DNA of 63,688 nucleotides, filler included, from Basidiobolus meristosporus CBS 931.73 (taxonomy: Eukaryota; Fungi; Basidiobolomycota), in assembly GCA_002104905.1 (NCBI GenBank). It is 3 parts of 3 records of this genome, joined end to end, with 100 filler letters (N's around TTAATTAATTAA, not from the genome) between each part and the next. Parts side by side here need not be neighbours in the genome. Positions count along the whole stretch, not along the records: positions 30,677 to 56,504 come from MCFE01000923.1; 2 more parts are not named here. One strand, 5' to 3'. The position numbers and the translations under genes are program-made. Below are positions 36,578-50,032 of this stretch, piece after piece (within the stretch, counting starts at the first letter, position 1; the number at the start of each line of letters is the position of its first letter). The notes under the pieces are model-generated. The model did no database searches. It worked only from the letters and a program-made list of their open reading frames with translations, and was not told the DNA's origin.

Positions 36578-38082
36578 TGTTGTAAAAATTCGGAATTCCA
36601 CCTAAATATTCACCTGACTTGATCATTTTGATCATGACCTTCAAATCCTGGAGAATACTGACCACATTCCTTGTCAGGATTTACTTAGAATATCTTCACC
36701 AGAATACCAGGTACCCAGAACATGAAAATTAGATAAGTTGTCCAAACAGCCCCAAACTTTGCAAAAATGTTCCTGGGACCTTCCTTAACCTATTCTATGG
36801 GCTTGTTATGCCAAGACCATGTAAGAGTATAAATACTACTCTTACATTCAGTAAATCATTAAGTGAAAACCACTTAATCTACTTGTCCTCCCAATCACTT
36901 CCAATATCTCCAAGACTCTTACAGCAGGCTATGAGCCCCAAGCTGTCACTCTCTGCAATGTCTACTACTGCTATTACTGGAATATTTCCCTCTGCTGAAA
37001 AGTTGGATGGATCTAACTACCAAGTGTGGAAGGTGACAATGAAGATGCTGCTATAAGAAAGAGGCCTTTGGGATATTGTCATGGGAGAAGAATGCCCTCC
37101 TAAAAACATGGGAGAGGAAGCCTTAAAGTACCAGAAAAAAGAACAAAGTGCCTTTAACTGCATTTGCCTTAATGTCAAGGACAAATTGCTAATTCAACGC
37201 TCAAGAGCAAAAACAGCAAAGAATGCCTGGAAGGCATTAGAAGACACCTACCAGTCATGTTCAGCAGCTAAGAAGATGTATCTGAGACAAAAGTTCTTTA
37301 CCATGAAGATGCAGCCAGTAGAAGAAATGAAAAATTTAATTGACAGAATTACCCTGCTGGTAGATGAGATGGAATCTGTGGGCGTACCAACTACTGATGA
37401 GGATGTGATAGTTACCATCCTGAATAGCCTGACAGACAAGTTCCAGGGCCTTGTATCAGCCCTAGAGTCCAGAACTGAAGATTTGACCTTAAATTACGTA
37501 TATGGAAGGCTCCTGGATGAAGAATTAAGAAAATCAATTGCCAATAAGAGGGAAGAAGAAAATGCTTCAATAAGCAATGATAACCAACAAAGACAATACT
37601 CAAGACCTTTTAAATGCAATAGCAATCTCTTTTGCAACTACTGCAAAAGGACAGGACACATATCAGACCAGTGCTTCACAAAGAGAGATAGACAACAGTA
37701 AAAGCCTAAATATGGAAATGCTGCAACAACTGAAGATAGACTATTCATATCTGCACTAAATATGACCACAAACAAGGATTCTCAGATGTGATATATTGAC
37801 TCTGGAGCATCTCAACACTTTACACACCAAAAAGAACTTTTTACCCAATATCAAGATATTCCAATTAAGAAGGTTTTCATGGGTGAAAATAGAACACTTG
37901 ATGCAGTGGGAGAAGGAACCATCCAATTAAACCTTAGAAGCAGTGAAGTAAGCCATATACTGACCTTCAAAGAAGTACTCTATGTACCAGAAATAGCCAA
38001 GCACCTACTATCAGTAAGTAAGGCCACAGCAGAAGAATTTGGTTTCAGCTTTGACAATTCTGGGTGCAGGATCACTGATTAA
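36578..38082 (+). mobile_element. Ty1/Copia relic: 5' LTR 36578-36926, PBS, gag, protease, truncated
   Basis: LTR TGTTG...CAGCA; PBS GGCTATGAGCCC; KLDGSNYQVWK, AKNAWKAL, zinc knuckle CNYCKRTGHISDQC, IDSGASQH; in-frame stops. Confidence 0.9.
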
Positions 38083-39774
38083 TAGGTGCTCAAACTGTTT
38101 TGAGCACTCTACTGAAGGAGTGGCTGAAATTTCCTAAATGTCTGACAAAACTTCTTCACTAGCATCAGTAGTAGGATTATCTTGAGTAGCAGCAACAGCC
38201 TCAAGCTCACAAGGACCAGTTGAAGTAAAACATCTTGCAGGTGGGACTATCTCAAGAGGCTTGGGTGGGACTTTTGCTTCAAATTGTGAGGTGCTAGTAT
38301 CAAGAATTGGGACTGGGACTGAAGCTATGGTGTCTATTTCAGCAGCAGTTGCTGTAGAGCTACTGGGGCTCTGACTGGCAGGTTTTTTGATCTTTGCCTT
38401 CACTCCTGCTACCAACTGGTCAAGACCACAAATCTTTGATTATCCTTATTATTGCCTTCACAATGTGGTAGGGTAAATATACCTCCCACAAACAAGTTTA
38501 TTCATATAGCCATTATGATACACTTATCCATATTTTATCTTATCAGTATTATCCCCCATATGATGTTTACCTTGATTACATATTAGCATTAGTTATCCCA
38601 GATGTTATTCAGCTTTGTGATCATTATATGCATCTACATAAGGCAGGTACCCATGTCAGTACCTGTGACACATGACCTAGGTCTGTGTTATCATACCTAC
38701 CATTTCAATACCATATATGGTATTTCTATGTTACACAGGACTCAGACTACTGATCCCTGATTGGTTGGATGTGCTGTGCCTTTTAGAGCCTTCCAGGACA
38801 TATTTGGCATATTTTTAGCACATAGTGATGTCATCAAGAATTCCACTGATGCCTAGAATCTTCTAGAACCTTGTCATTAGTAATCACTTGGCAATCAGAA
38901 AAAGTATTTGAGGGAAAGCAATCCCTCATCAATAAATCACCCCTTCTATCAGTAACATCTCTCCCTTATTGATTAGCAGTTGATCACTGCACCTGCCTTC
39001 AACAGTACATTTCAGACCTGCCCTCAAGGAGCTTTTCAGGGTAGTGCACACAACACACAGAGGCCTTTGGAGACACTTGGAGCACCTAGGAAGCTAGAGA
39101 AGCAGGAGCTTTTACCATAGTGACATATTGACAAAGACACCAGCAGTTTAGACACAGAGGTTATTGCACCCATCAGACACCTCACACACCTTGAGTTGTG
39201 TAGCTTCTCCCAGGAGTACCTCTACACCACCACAACAACCATTGAGCTTCCATTTGCCTCTAACACCGCAAAGAGTGCAGTCAAGTTTTGAATACCATCT
39301 TCTGAAGAGAGTCAGATCCTCTTTTTCCTCACTGGTAAGAATCGCCTTACTCTGTGGAGGCATATTTCCAAATCACTAAAAAAAAACACCAAAAGTGAGT
39401 GGAGGAATCTTTGAGTTGTTGGATGTTAGTCTCTATATAAGAGGGAAGGGGTACTTATATGCCAAGTGACTTAAATTAGCTAGATCAGGCAGAGTACAGA
39501 TATAAATGTAAGAGTATATCTAGTGAATTCCCAATTTCAGAAACCCCCTTTGGATTAGTGTCCATAGCAATTGTTTCTTCAATTTGAACAATATTGGTGG
39601 TGATTGGTTAATTATTTATTGCAGAAGTAATCATATGGTCTTAAATGTGTAGGATATGGTTACAAATGGCATAAAAGAGGTTGGTAATCAAGGATGAATT
39701 TCTCTGCTGGGTTTTCTGATTAAAAAAAGGAGATAAATCTAGTATTCCTTGTACAATCACCAATGTTTATTGAT

Positions 39775-39960
39775 GGTGATGGTGAGTTTGGTGATTTGGA
39801 TGATTGGTATAGCAATGGCAATGATGGGTGACTTGATAGCAACAGTGGGCTCAGAGATTTGGATGATGGGTGATGGTGATGGTAGGTGATTTGATAGCAA
39901 CAGTGGGTTCAGTGATTTGGATGATGGGTGATGGTGATGGTGGGTGATTTGATAGTGACA
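39775..39960. repeat. About 58-bp G/T-rich minisatellite, 3 copies
   Basis: gtgatttggatgatgggtgatggtgatgg..tgatttgatagcaacagtggg repeated, abutting a family A junction. Confidence 0.8.
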
Positions 39961-39961
39961 C

Positions 39962-40287
39962 TTAGGGGGGGAGACAGTCACCAACAGGCAAAATCTTTAT
40001 TTCAGTTGAAACAAAGAAGCCAGCGCTACTATAGTAGCTTTGATACAAGAGTGTGTAGCTGAGGAGAGTTTGTAGGTCAGTTAATAAGAAGTGATGATAG
40101 TTCTTTAGTGCCCAAGACACTGTTCAGTAGGAAGGGGGGTAGCAATAGAGGTAAGAATGACTTGTGAACAACATTAATGAGGAGAATGTGATAAGGATTG
40201 ATATTCATCATAAAGGGAGTGTGCTGCTGCAGATATTGCTGCCAAAGGTCTGTCTAGTACTTCAGGTAGGCCAGCTTGGGTTGTTCT
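39962..40287 (-). mobile_element. Interstitial older 3' fragment of family A
   Basis: TTAGGGGGGG-AGACAGTCACC.. collinear with 52630-52955; ends at a Copia LTR. Confidence 0.9.
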
Positions 40288-41888
40288 TGTTGTAAAAGCT
40301 CATATTTCCCCCTAAATATTCACCTAACTTAGTCACTTAGATCATTACCTTCATATCCTAGAGAATACTGACCAAATTCCTTGTTGGGATTTACTAAGAA
40401 TATTTTCACCAAGTACTGTTGTAAAGTTTGTATTTCCACCTAAATATTCACCTAACTTTGTCACTTAGATCATTACCTTCAAATCCTAGAGCATACTGAC
40501 CAAATTCCTTGTTGGGATTTACTTAGAATATCTTCACCAAAATACCAGGTACCCAGATCATGAAAATTTGATAAGTTGTCCAAACAGCCTCAAACTTTGC
40601 ACATATGTTCTTGCAACCTTCCTTGACCTATTCTACGTGTTTGTTATGCCAAGACCATGTAAAAGTATAAATACTACTTTTACATTCAATAAATCATTAA
40701 GTGAAAACCACACAATCTACTTGTCCTCCCAATCACTTCCAATACCTCCAAGACTCTTACAACAGGTTATGAGCCCTGAGCTGTCACTCTCTGCAATGTC
40801 TACTACTGCTATTACTGGAGTTTTTCCCTCTGCTGAAAAGTTGGATTGATCTAACTACCAAGTGTGCAAAGTGAAAATGAAGACACAGCTATAAGAAAGA
40901 GACCTATGTGATGCTGTAATAGGACAAGAATGCTCTCCTAAAATTGCCAGAGAGGGAGCCTTAAAGTAGCAGAAGAAACAACAAAGTGCTTTTGACTGCA
41001 TTGGCCTTACTATTGAGATAAATTGCATATTCCATGCTCCACAGATATCAGCAAGTATTGCCTTGAGGATATTAGAAGACACCTACCAGTCATGTTAAGT
41101 GGCTAAGAAAATGTATCTTAAACAAAAATTGGTGACTGCAAAGATGCTTCCAGCAGAAGAAATGAAGAGTTTTATCAACTAAATTACCTTTTTGGTTGAT
41201 CAGATGGAAGTTGTAGTTGTCCAAACAGCCTCAAACTTTGCACACATGTTCTTGGGACCTTCCTTAATCTATTCTACGTGTTTGTTATGCCAAGACCATG
41301 TAAAAGTATAAATACTACTTTTACATTCAATAAATCATTAAGTGAAAACCACATAATCTACTTGTCCTCCCAATCACTTCCAATATCTCCAAGACTCTTA
41401 CAGCAGGCTATGAGCCCCAAGCTGTCACTCTCTGCAATTTCTACTACTGCTATTACTGGAATTTTTCCCTCTGCTGAAAAGTTGGATGGCTCTAACTACC
41501 AAGTGTGGAAGGTGAAGATGAAGATACTGCTACAAGAAAGAGGCCTTTGGGATATTGTCATGAGAGAAGAATGCCCTACTAAAAACATGGGAGAGGAAGC
41601 CTCAAAGTACCAGAAGAAAGAACAAAGTGCCTTTAACTGCATTTGCCTTAATGTCAAGGACAAATTGCTAATTCAATGCTCAAGAGCAAAAACGGCAAAG
41701 AATGCCTGGAAAGCATTAGAAGACACCTACCAGTCATGTTCAGCTGCCAAGAAAATGTATCTGAGATGAAAATTCTTTACTACAAAGATGCTGCCAGGAG
41801 AAGAAATGAAAAATCTAATTAACAGAATTACATTACTGGTAGATGAAATGGGTGAATATTTAGGTGGAAATACAAATTTTTACAATAG
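40288..41888 (+). mobile_element. Nested Copia LTR/gag relics
   Basis: Partial LTR 40288-40416, full LTR 40417-40764 (TGTTG..CAACA), PBS GGTTATGAGCCCTG, gag with stops; LTR 3' part 41215-41405 plus gag; inverted LTR start at 41851-41888. Confidence 0.85.
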
Positions 41889-44800
41889 TTGGTTCCAAGA
41901 TATTCCTAGACAATATGCTCAAAATCAATATTACCATCAATAGCTTGCTCTTTGATCACTAAACCACTAGCCCAATATGCGGTGGCCTTGGTTTTGTCTA
42001 GCTGTTGAGTAATGAAACCAGAGTACAGCCACAAGAGAGGCAAAAGTGAAATGTGATGAAGTAAGTGTATATGAAAGTAATATAAATCTACAGGACACAA
42101 GAGAACCACTAGTAGTTAAACAGCACTCACTGACACTCCACCAAGTAGAGCACCAACACAGACAATAAACAAGCCATGAGGGGAAAGCTTAATGACCACT
42201 ACTTGGGGATTAAGACCAACAAGAAAGCTGCCTCTACCATAGCAGTCCTTGCACTCCAAAGGAAGACCAAGAGTCTACTATAGACAGATTGCGGCAAGAA
42301 GAGAAGTACAATTATCAGTTCTGGTAGTGGTACCTTTGCAAGTCCGGGATTCCTGGAACAACTTGGAAAAAATTGGCAGATGACTCAGTTGTCCTGAGGA
42401 GATAACAAACCAATGCAATTGAGCAGTCCCAATACAAACTTCAGCTTAGTTCTTCTTTACCTCACTATCAAGTACTACAAGTGGCTTATTTGGATTATAA
42501 GCGTTTGAAGGAGAATCAGGCAGAGACTGATAAATTAAGTGATAGTCAATTGCATCACTTCTTAGATCAGGTAGAGAAACAGTTGCACAGCCAAGAGACA
42601 GAACAAGAATTGATGATTACAGAAACCAAATAATTTTGCCAATGTAGTTTTGCATTTTAATTAAATAAAAGGGTGTCAATAAGAACAGAATAAAGTTAAC
42701 TTATGTGTACATCAAATGATTCAAATACTGGCTAGATGGATGTTACATAGGAGCAAGAAGCTCAGTAACCTCAAAGGAAAGATATGATGAATGGGCCACC
42801 AACATCATCCAAATGAGTATAAAAGTGGAGAAAGTAGACATAATCCTTCATAAAAAACAAGAAGCATGGAAGCAGGCAGTAGCCAGGTAGATGCCAGGAG
42901 TGAAGGTAGAGTACAAAGAGAGCAAGGAAGGGGACAAGGACATGGAAGTGGATGTGAAACTGGGTGTGGAAGAGGAAGAGGGCAAGGAAGTGGCCAAATC
43001 CAAGAGGAGCGTGAAGGAGGTGTTGCAGCAAATGTGAATAATGCTGAGCAAGTTGCTGTAGTCACTACCAGGTGGCCAGTCAACCAAGTTTCCCAAGCAT
43101 TGTCAGAGGTTTGACAAGAGCTTCCAGAATATAAGACAACATTGCACCATGAGATATTGCAACATATGTGCCAGGAGATTAAACAGAGGAGGGGTGACAT
43201 TGTAAACCTAAATTGGAATATTGCTGGACTTCAAGCCCAGATTGATTTCAGTTTCCACCATTCTACTGAGGCATTAGTGCCACAAATGGTAAAATATTTT
43301 GCCCACATCAGGGCAAGCAGTGAGCAGGGTGCATCTTCAGACCCATGTGTACTTGCAAGCAACAGTATTGGAGGGGATACTACTTCCTCCCTGTAACCTA
43401 CCACAAGCCAAGAGACAAGAGCAGAATCCTCCACAACAATGAGAATGGCCCCACGCAGGTTGATATGGAGGTGTGCAAAGAAGACATGGAGAAGCAGAGT
43501 GGGGATACTATAGGCCAACCAGAAGCTGTAATGGAGGTGGAGAGACCAAGCCATATTGTCATCTTAAAAATACCACAGGTTAATTCATTGCTATCACTTC
43601 CCCCATCATCACTATCTGTGTCCCCATCACCACCACCACCCTCTGGCTAACTTGAGTAAATAAAGAATTTCCACCATCCCAAACCAATGAATTGGCAAGT
43701 AATAAGTTGAACTGATAGGATTAACAATTTACAGACTAATATATGTAAAGTATGTAGTACTTAAGAGCTTTCAAGTTGTGGTGTATTATCAAGTATTTGC
43801 TGTCACATAAATCACGCAGCAGTTGTTGTATCCCTATCCCAATGGCATTAGAAGCCAGCAGTTACAAGCAGCATTGGAAAAATTTTGGCATTTACCTGGC
43901 AATGGTGTGGTGGTGTACAAGTCCAAAGGGAAAAAATGCAGCCAACACTTTTCAAGTGTGAATGTGTGTGGGGTGTTCACTGGGTGCAATAACCTCTGGC
44001 AAAACTTGCTAGGAATACTGGGTCTTCTGTCTAATCAAATGTGATGGGGGATAAAGCCTCAAGCTTGTCAAGGGAAAACTATTGAACTACAATCCCCAAC
44101 TTAGTTGGCGTCTTAACATAAGTTTATAATGGCTTTGACGTCCTTTGAGATGACAATGTACTAAAGCTTCCAAAGTCAAAACAACTATAAACTCCACCAA
44201 CAGAGACTTGATAAGAATGCAGCTTTGACCAATAGTTACAAAAACTGAAAAGTATCTTTGCCTGTAGAAGAACAAACTTGGGAAAACAATCAAATATAAT
44301 AAAATATACCTACTGTGAGTATTCCTCACAAGTAGTGCCTCCAAGGTCAGTTGGCTGTCAGCATGGTTTCCTGGGAGTATTGTCAGGTCTGAGTCAGAAA
44401 ATAGTGGTAATAGGTAGCGGTGATCTCACTGATCAATAAGTTGGAATATTGGAAGAAGGATGATTTATTTTAAGGGATAGCCTCCCTTATATACTTTTTT
44501 GCTGCTCAAATTCTTGCTAGAAAATACTTTCCGGAAGTTTCCAGAAGGTAGTAGACAGCCAATCATATCATTGTGTACTAAAAATAGCGCAAATTCTTGG
44601 CAGATTGTTCTATGAGACATAGTAGCACCTAGCCAATCAGGTAGTGGTAATATGAAACCCCAGTATCATGTGGTTGCCTCTTATGGTAGTAGGATAGGAG
44701 GGTTATGAAACCAAGATGGTCACATGAAATGGGCACTGTTGGGAGTACTTGCCTTATATGGTAACTATCTTATCTTGGCATCTTGGAAAGGAATAGGAAT

Positions 44801-45025
44801 AGCTTGTGCAATGGGTTAATAGTGACAAATAGTTTGTCAGGTTGCATAGTAATAATCACATAGACAGAATAGAAAATATTGCAATTTGGGATGATACTAA
44901 TATAGGGGGGGGGTAATCCTTTTTAGGGAAGTGAACGTATGAAAATGAGTACATCTGCCTGTGGGTGTCACTGTGACCTCACTACATCCACCCCCCTCTC
45001 AGCTTTAAACTCAGGTCAAAGCAAA

Positions 45026-47995
45026 CTAAATGTGATGTGCAAAATTCCGGTGCTTGAATAGCTTAAGTCTGTTTCCTGCCACAGGTGCTCTTAGCGGTGT
45101 TTCATCAAGTTCAGACAAGTAGTAGCTTCCATTTCCAATCACCTTAGAGAAAATAAATGGGCCAGACCACTTATTGTCAAATTTGCGACTCCACTGCTTA
45201 TCTGAAGTGGAATCATAGAGCAGTATTGGATCTCCTTGCAGCAATGGCTTTGGTCTAAGGCTATGTGACTTGTCAAATGGTTCCTTGTTCTGAAGTCTTG
45301 TCTCTTTAAGTTTAGCAGCTGCTTGGGTAATATCAAGTTCATGGTGATCAAGCTGCTTGAAGCGTGTAGTCAGTAGTTCTTCTGTACTCATTGTAGTTCT
45401 CCACTCTAGCATGTTCCAGGATGTTGAGTCAAGCTCTATGGGAAGAACGCAATTGTGTCCATAAAGCAATTTGAGTGGAGATAGGCCTGTACTGCGTTTT
45501 GTAGTGATTCTATCTGCCCAGAGTGCTAGATGAAGTTGTCTAGGCCACTGTAGTGTCATGTTGTTGCAGCTCTTGACCAGGGAGCTAACCAACGGGCCAG
45601 GGCCCCTTTCAACCATTCCATTGGCCTGTGGGTGATAAGCGGTGGTGAAAGCAATATGAATCTTGTATTGTGAGCAGAGTTCCTGGATCAAATTTGAAGT
45701 CATTTCTCCTTGGTCAGCAACAAACTGGCTGATGCAGCCAAATCTGCACATTATATCTTCAAGAATAAATCTCTATATTGTGTGGCTTTTGTTATTGGAT
45801 AGAGCTCAAGCTTCTACCCACCCACTCAGATCATCTCTGGCAACAACTAGGTACTTCTTGTTTCCAGCAGCTGGCATGTGGACCAGGTCAATTCCAACCT
45901 TCTACCATAGGCAAGGTGTGTAGGTTGGATGGAGCAGCTCCTTATATCTCTTGGTTGACCTTCTTTGGCAAATGTCACAAGATTCAACAAAGTGTTGGAC
46001 ATCATGATACATATGCTCCCAGTAATACCTACTGGAAACAACATTGTAAGTGGCATCTCTGCCTCTATGACCACCAGGTCTTCCTTCATGAAGGCTTGAC
46101 ATAATAGTCAGTTGTTCCTGGGGCTCAACTATATCTCTCCTTGGTGTCTGTCCAGGCTTTACTTGTTTGAAGAGGAGGCCATCCTTTATGTAGAAATGAT
46201 GGGCCTTCTTCCTGAGCTTTCTGAAATCATGTGGGCTCATTCCTGGCGGCTTCTCTAAGGTTCTCAGATAGTCTTGAATGGTGTTCCACGTAGAGTTGCT
46301 GGGCTTCTTCACATGTAGTTGTCAAATTTCTGCATCAATTATGTCATCAAAGTCAGGGTCCATATCTTCAGACAACTCTAGTCCCTTCCTGGAGAGTGCA
46401 TTGGCCACAACATTTGTCTTGCCAGGGATATGTCTGACCTCAAAGTCAAACATTTTCAGCCATGCCATCCACCAATTTGTGGCATCATCAGGTAGATCAG
46501 GCTTGTTGATCATTCCTATAAGTGACTTAGCATCTGTCTCCAGGATAAAATGTGTCATGTAGAGTTGTGACTTCAGCTTTCTCAGCATCTTCATAACTCC
46601 TAGTAGCTCTCTCTTAATCTGTGAATATCTTTGTTCTCTAGGAGAGAAGAGGCAGCTCTCATATCTGCAGGCATAGCGGTTGCCATCTTCATCATCTTGG
46701 CCAAGTAGTGCTCCAGCTCCTATAGGGCTTGCATCCACTGTCAAGATAGGTGGGCATTCAGTGTTCTGATAGTCAAGAGATCTCAGAGCTGGTGGAGATA
46801 CTAAGGCCACTTTTAGTAATTGCATGGCTTCTTCTTGCTCTTCTCCCCAGTGAATTGGGGCATTTTTTCTCTGTAGTCAGTAGATTGGTTCTGCTATCTC
46901 AGAATATCTTGGGATCCAGATCCTAAAGAACCCACAAGCTGCCACAAACCCACAAGCTTGTGTTAGATTTGTGGGGGTAGGCCAGTTGCATATTTTTTGT
47001 GTCTTGGAGTCACCAGGTGAACGGACAAAGGTGTTGCATCTTTATCCTACAATGGATATCTCTGATACACCAAAGCTGCTTTTCTCTCCACTGATGGTGA
47101 GTCCAGCTTCTTCAATGGCTCCTAATATAGCATCATTGTCTGAAATATGGTCATAGACAAATTTTCTTACTCCAGGCATAACTTCACTTGTGTCCCGGAG
47201 TTTTGGTCCTTTGATGCCTATGTCATCAACAAAGACAGCAAGTTTCTCAGGTATATACTGGTAGAGCACATTTACCATGCATATCTGGAACTGAGCCACA
47301 GAGTTTGTTGCTCCTTGGCTGAGTCTTGTCATTCTTAACAGTCCAAATGGTGTCTGGAGTGCAAACATATCTCTTGATGTCTCATCTAGGGGGATCTGGT
47401 CATACCCTGAGTAGAAATCATATGTTGAGTAGATGGAGTGACCTCTAAAGCTCTCTGCAAAGTCATCAATATATGGAGCTATTGCAGCATCTCTAATAGT
47501 GACAGCATTGGTAGGTTGCATGTCTTGGATGAATTGGAGCTTCCCATTCTTCTTCTTGGTCACAAACCATCTGTTAGCGTAAGGTCCATGGCAAGGTTCT
47601 AGGATACCAGCTTCAATCTTCTTCTTAAGTAGGTCATTCACATCAGCTTGGAGTCCTCTTGGCAGTGGGTAAGGCTTAAATGACCAGGGTGTGTGGGGCA
47701 CTGTATGAATCTTGATAGGGTTTTCAACCAATGTCTTTAAGAGTCCCATCTCCTTGTCATTATATGAGAAAACCTTATCATGTCATTTCAGGGTTTCTTC
47801 AAATAATAAGATCTCCTCCAGTGTTAGGTTTCCATCACCAATGATAAGTTGCTTAAGTCTCTCAGGTGTAAGTTGTATATCTTCTGGTGTTCCTTCTGAT
47901 GGTCTGATGTAATCAGCAGGTTGAGATCCATCACTTAAAGGTGTAAGGGATGGTCTAATCTTCTGTTCTACTGTCTTGTATTTTGTGCAAACCAT
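45026..47995 (-). pseudogene. Gypsy pol (RT, RNase H, integrase) with stops and frameshifts
   Basis: YDFYSGYDQI, QGATNS, VFVDDI; TVDASP..KRELL..TDAKSL; H..GHRG..C..CQ; YHPQANGMVER. Confidence 0.92.
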
Positions 47996-48139
47996 AGCTG
48001 TCTGCTCCTGTATACCTAATGAGCAGCTCCAACTGTTGGGGTGTATATTGTCAGGCTCCTCCTCTTCTTTTATAACAAGATGTGTCTTCTGGCAAGCAGT
48101 ATGTGTTCTCTTATTGTTGGGTGTTACCCCACAGAATGT

Positions 48140-49879
48140 TTACTGTAGTCCTGGGTTTGATCCTTGTATAGTGTACCACACTGACCCATCAGAATAGTTG
48201 GTAGTTGTAGCCTTAGTACTGGTCTCCCATGGTCTGCCTAACAGAAGGTCAAAGTTTGCCTTCTGGCAGATAAAGAGGGGATGCCAGACCTTGATTCCTT
48301 GTACCTCAATAGGGAACTTGTGCACTACACCATTGAGTGGGCTAGATCCTGAGTTTGGATCAGTCATGTTCCATCCAATATCTCTATCAACAGGCAGTAG
48401 CTCCTTGCTTCTAAGCGTGTTCCAGAAGTCTAGCGGCATAACACAAATCTCTGAACCACTGTCAATATGGCAGTCAACAGGATCATCATAAATATACCCT
48501 TTCACCACAGCAGTTGCAACTGAGTAAAAAGTCTTATATTTGGTAGTGTTGTCATCCTTTTGGTGGTCTTCATGGTTTGTCTGGATTATATGGGTGTCTA
48601 TATGTTCAACAGCTTGTCTTCTTGTTCTAAGCTGCTCATCAAAGGTCTTCCTAACAGACGGTGATACACTGATGATTTCTCCAACCAACAAGGCAAGGTT
48701 CTGCTTGCGCAGCTTCTCAGTAATCAGTTGAGGGCTTGAGTAGCCTGCAATCTTTGAGGTAATCTGAAAGTGAGGCAATGGGTCTTGGGTGGGCAGTATT
48801 CCAGGCCTCTTGCCAATGATAACCTCAGGCTCTTCAAACCATGGTGTTCTAAGGATGGGCTTAACAGGTTCTTCAGGAAGGTGTCTCTTAGTAGCAAAGG
48901 CATCTACCTTATATTTTCTGTTGTCAGGGCTGCTTGGACCCACTGTATGAGTCTCAATAGGGGCATCAACAGTAATCTTTCTAGTTGCTGAGTCAGACTT
49001 CTGGAAAAGGGCTCTCATTCCGCCTCTTCTGAAATTAGTGGGAATCCTTTTTCCTTCCCTGTCAGCTAGCATTCCATCAGCATCAAACTGTACTGTTCCT
49101 TCTCTAAGTAGTTGACTAAGTTCTGAGCATTCTTGTCTGGCATGCTGGGTAGAGTCACACCAAATGCAGTGTCTGGGCAAAGGTCTTTGGCCCTCAGTAG
49201 CTACCTCAGCTGAGCCGTTAATCTTGAGGGCTAGCTTTTGTAGCTGTTCAGCAAGTTGGTCAATTCTGTCGGTAGTGTAGGTCTGATTGTCAGCAGCAGC
49301 ACTCTTTAGCTCCTTGGTTGGCTGGTCTGGCAGATTAGATATCAGGAGTCTCATAAAGGTAGAAGTTTGCTTTGCCTCTAGGAGTACACGTTTCATCTCT
49401 GCAAAGCAAGGAATGCCAGACTTGTCATCCTTGGCTGCATCTAAGTCAACTTTCCTTGCCAATTCCTGGGGAAGCCCTTGTGCCAGGTAAAGTGTCATGG
49501 TAAACTCAGTTATAGCCTGGGACTCTAGGAGTGGCTTGGCCATATCTTCATACTGTTGAATGAACTCTTCAAGTGTTAGCTTGGAGAGTCCTGTCCTTCC
49601 AAAGTGCCTGAGGTCTTCAATTCCATAGTATATCTGGGGTCTACCATACTTGGTCTGTAGGTAGGTCTTCTTTAAGGTCCAGTTAGTCAGAATGTCTCCT
49701 TGTCTGAGAAGCTTAGTGGTAATATCATTGGTGCAGTAGTAGGGGAAGTCTTCAGCCATTTCTTGTTGAGATAGGCTGCACATCTTGCAGAGCTTCTCCC
49801 ATTTGAATATGAAGCTTGCCATATTCTTTCCATCAGACTGTGGGGCTCCATGTGAGAGTGGTAACGGCATAGAGTTCAT
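48140..49879 (-). CDS. Gypsy gag-protease
   Basis: 579-aa ORF just after the PBS; CIWCDSTQH knuckle-like motif; aspartic protease IDSGSE..LLLGRPW. Confidence 0.85.
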   Translation of the reverse strand: MNSMPLPLSHGAPQSDGKNMASFIFKWEKLCKMCSLSQQEMAEDFPYYCTNDITTKLLRQGDILTNWTLKKTYLQTKYGRPQIYYGIEDLRHFGRTGLSKLTLEEFIQQYEDMAKPLLESQAITEFTMTLYLAQGLPQELARKVDLDAAKDDKSGIPCFAEMKRVLLEAKQTSTFMRLLISNLPDQPTKELKSAAADNQTYTTDRIDQLAEQLQKLALKINGSAEVATEGQRPLPRHCIWCDSTQHARQECSELSQLLREGTVQFDADGMLADREGKRIPTNFRRGGMRALFQKSDSATRKITVDAPIETHTVGPSSPDNRKYKVDAFATKRHLPEEPVKPILRTPWFEEPEVIIGKRPGILPTQDPLPHFQITSKIAGYSSPQLITEKLRKQNLALLVGEIISVSPSVRKTFDEQLRTRRQAVEHIDTHIIQTNHEDHQKDDNTTKYKTFYSVATAVVKGYIYDDPVDCHIDSGSEICVMPLDFWNTLRSKELLPVDRDIGWNMTDPNSGSSPLNGVVHKFPIEVQGIKVWHPLFICQKANFDLLLGRPWETSTKATTTNYSDGSVWYTIQGSNPGLQ

Positions 49880-50032
49880 TTTGGGTAGGTAGGTTGGTGC
49901 TATAGTCTTGATAATATTGGTAGTCTTGTTTCAATAAATGGGTAACAGCTCAAATCTTCAGGTAAGTCTTGTTGGGTCCTAGGGAGCTTGTATGAACCCC
50001 CCACATTGGGTGCCAAATATGTGGTGGTGTAT

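Noticed and set aside
40417-41888. Apparent ~36-bp TIR pair suggesting a DNA transposon that captured Copia gag
   Set aside because: The sequence is the start of a Copia LTR (TGTTG..CAACA followed by a PBS); the right-hand copy is just an inverted LTR fragment
42180-43650. Run of broken plus-strand ORFs between the Copia and Gypsy relics
   Set aside because: CpG-depleted with many stops and no recognisable domain; probably a decayed TE that I cannot assign
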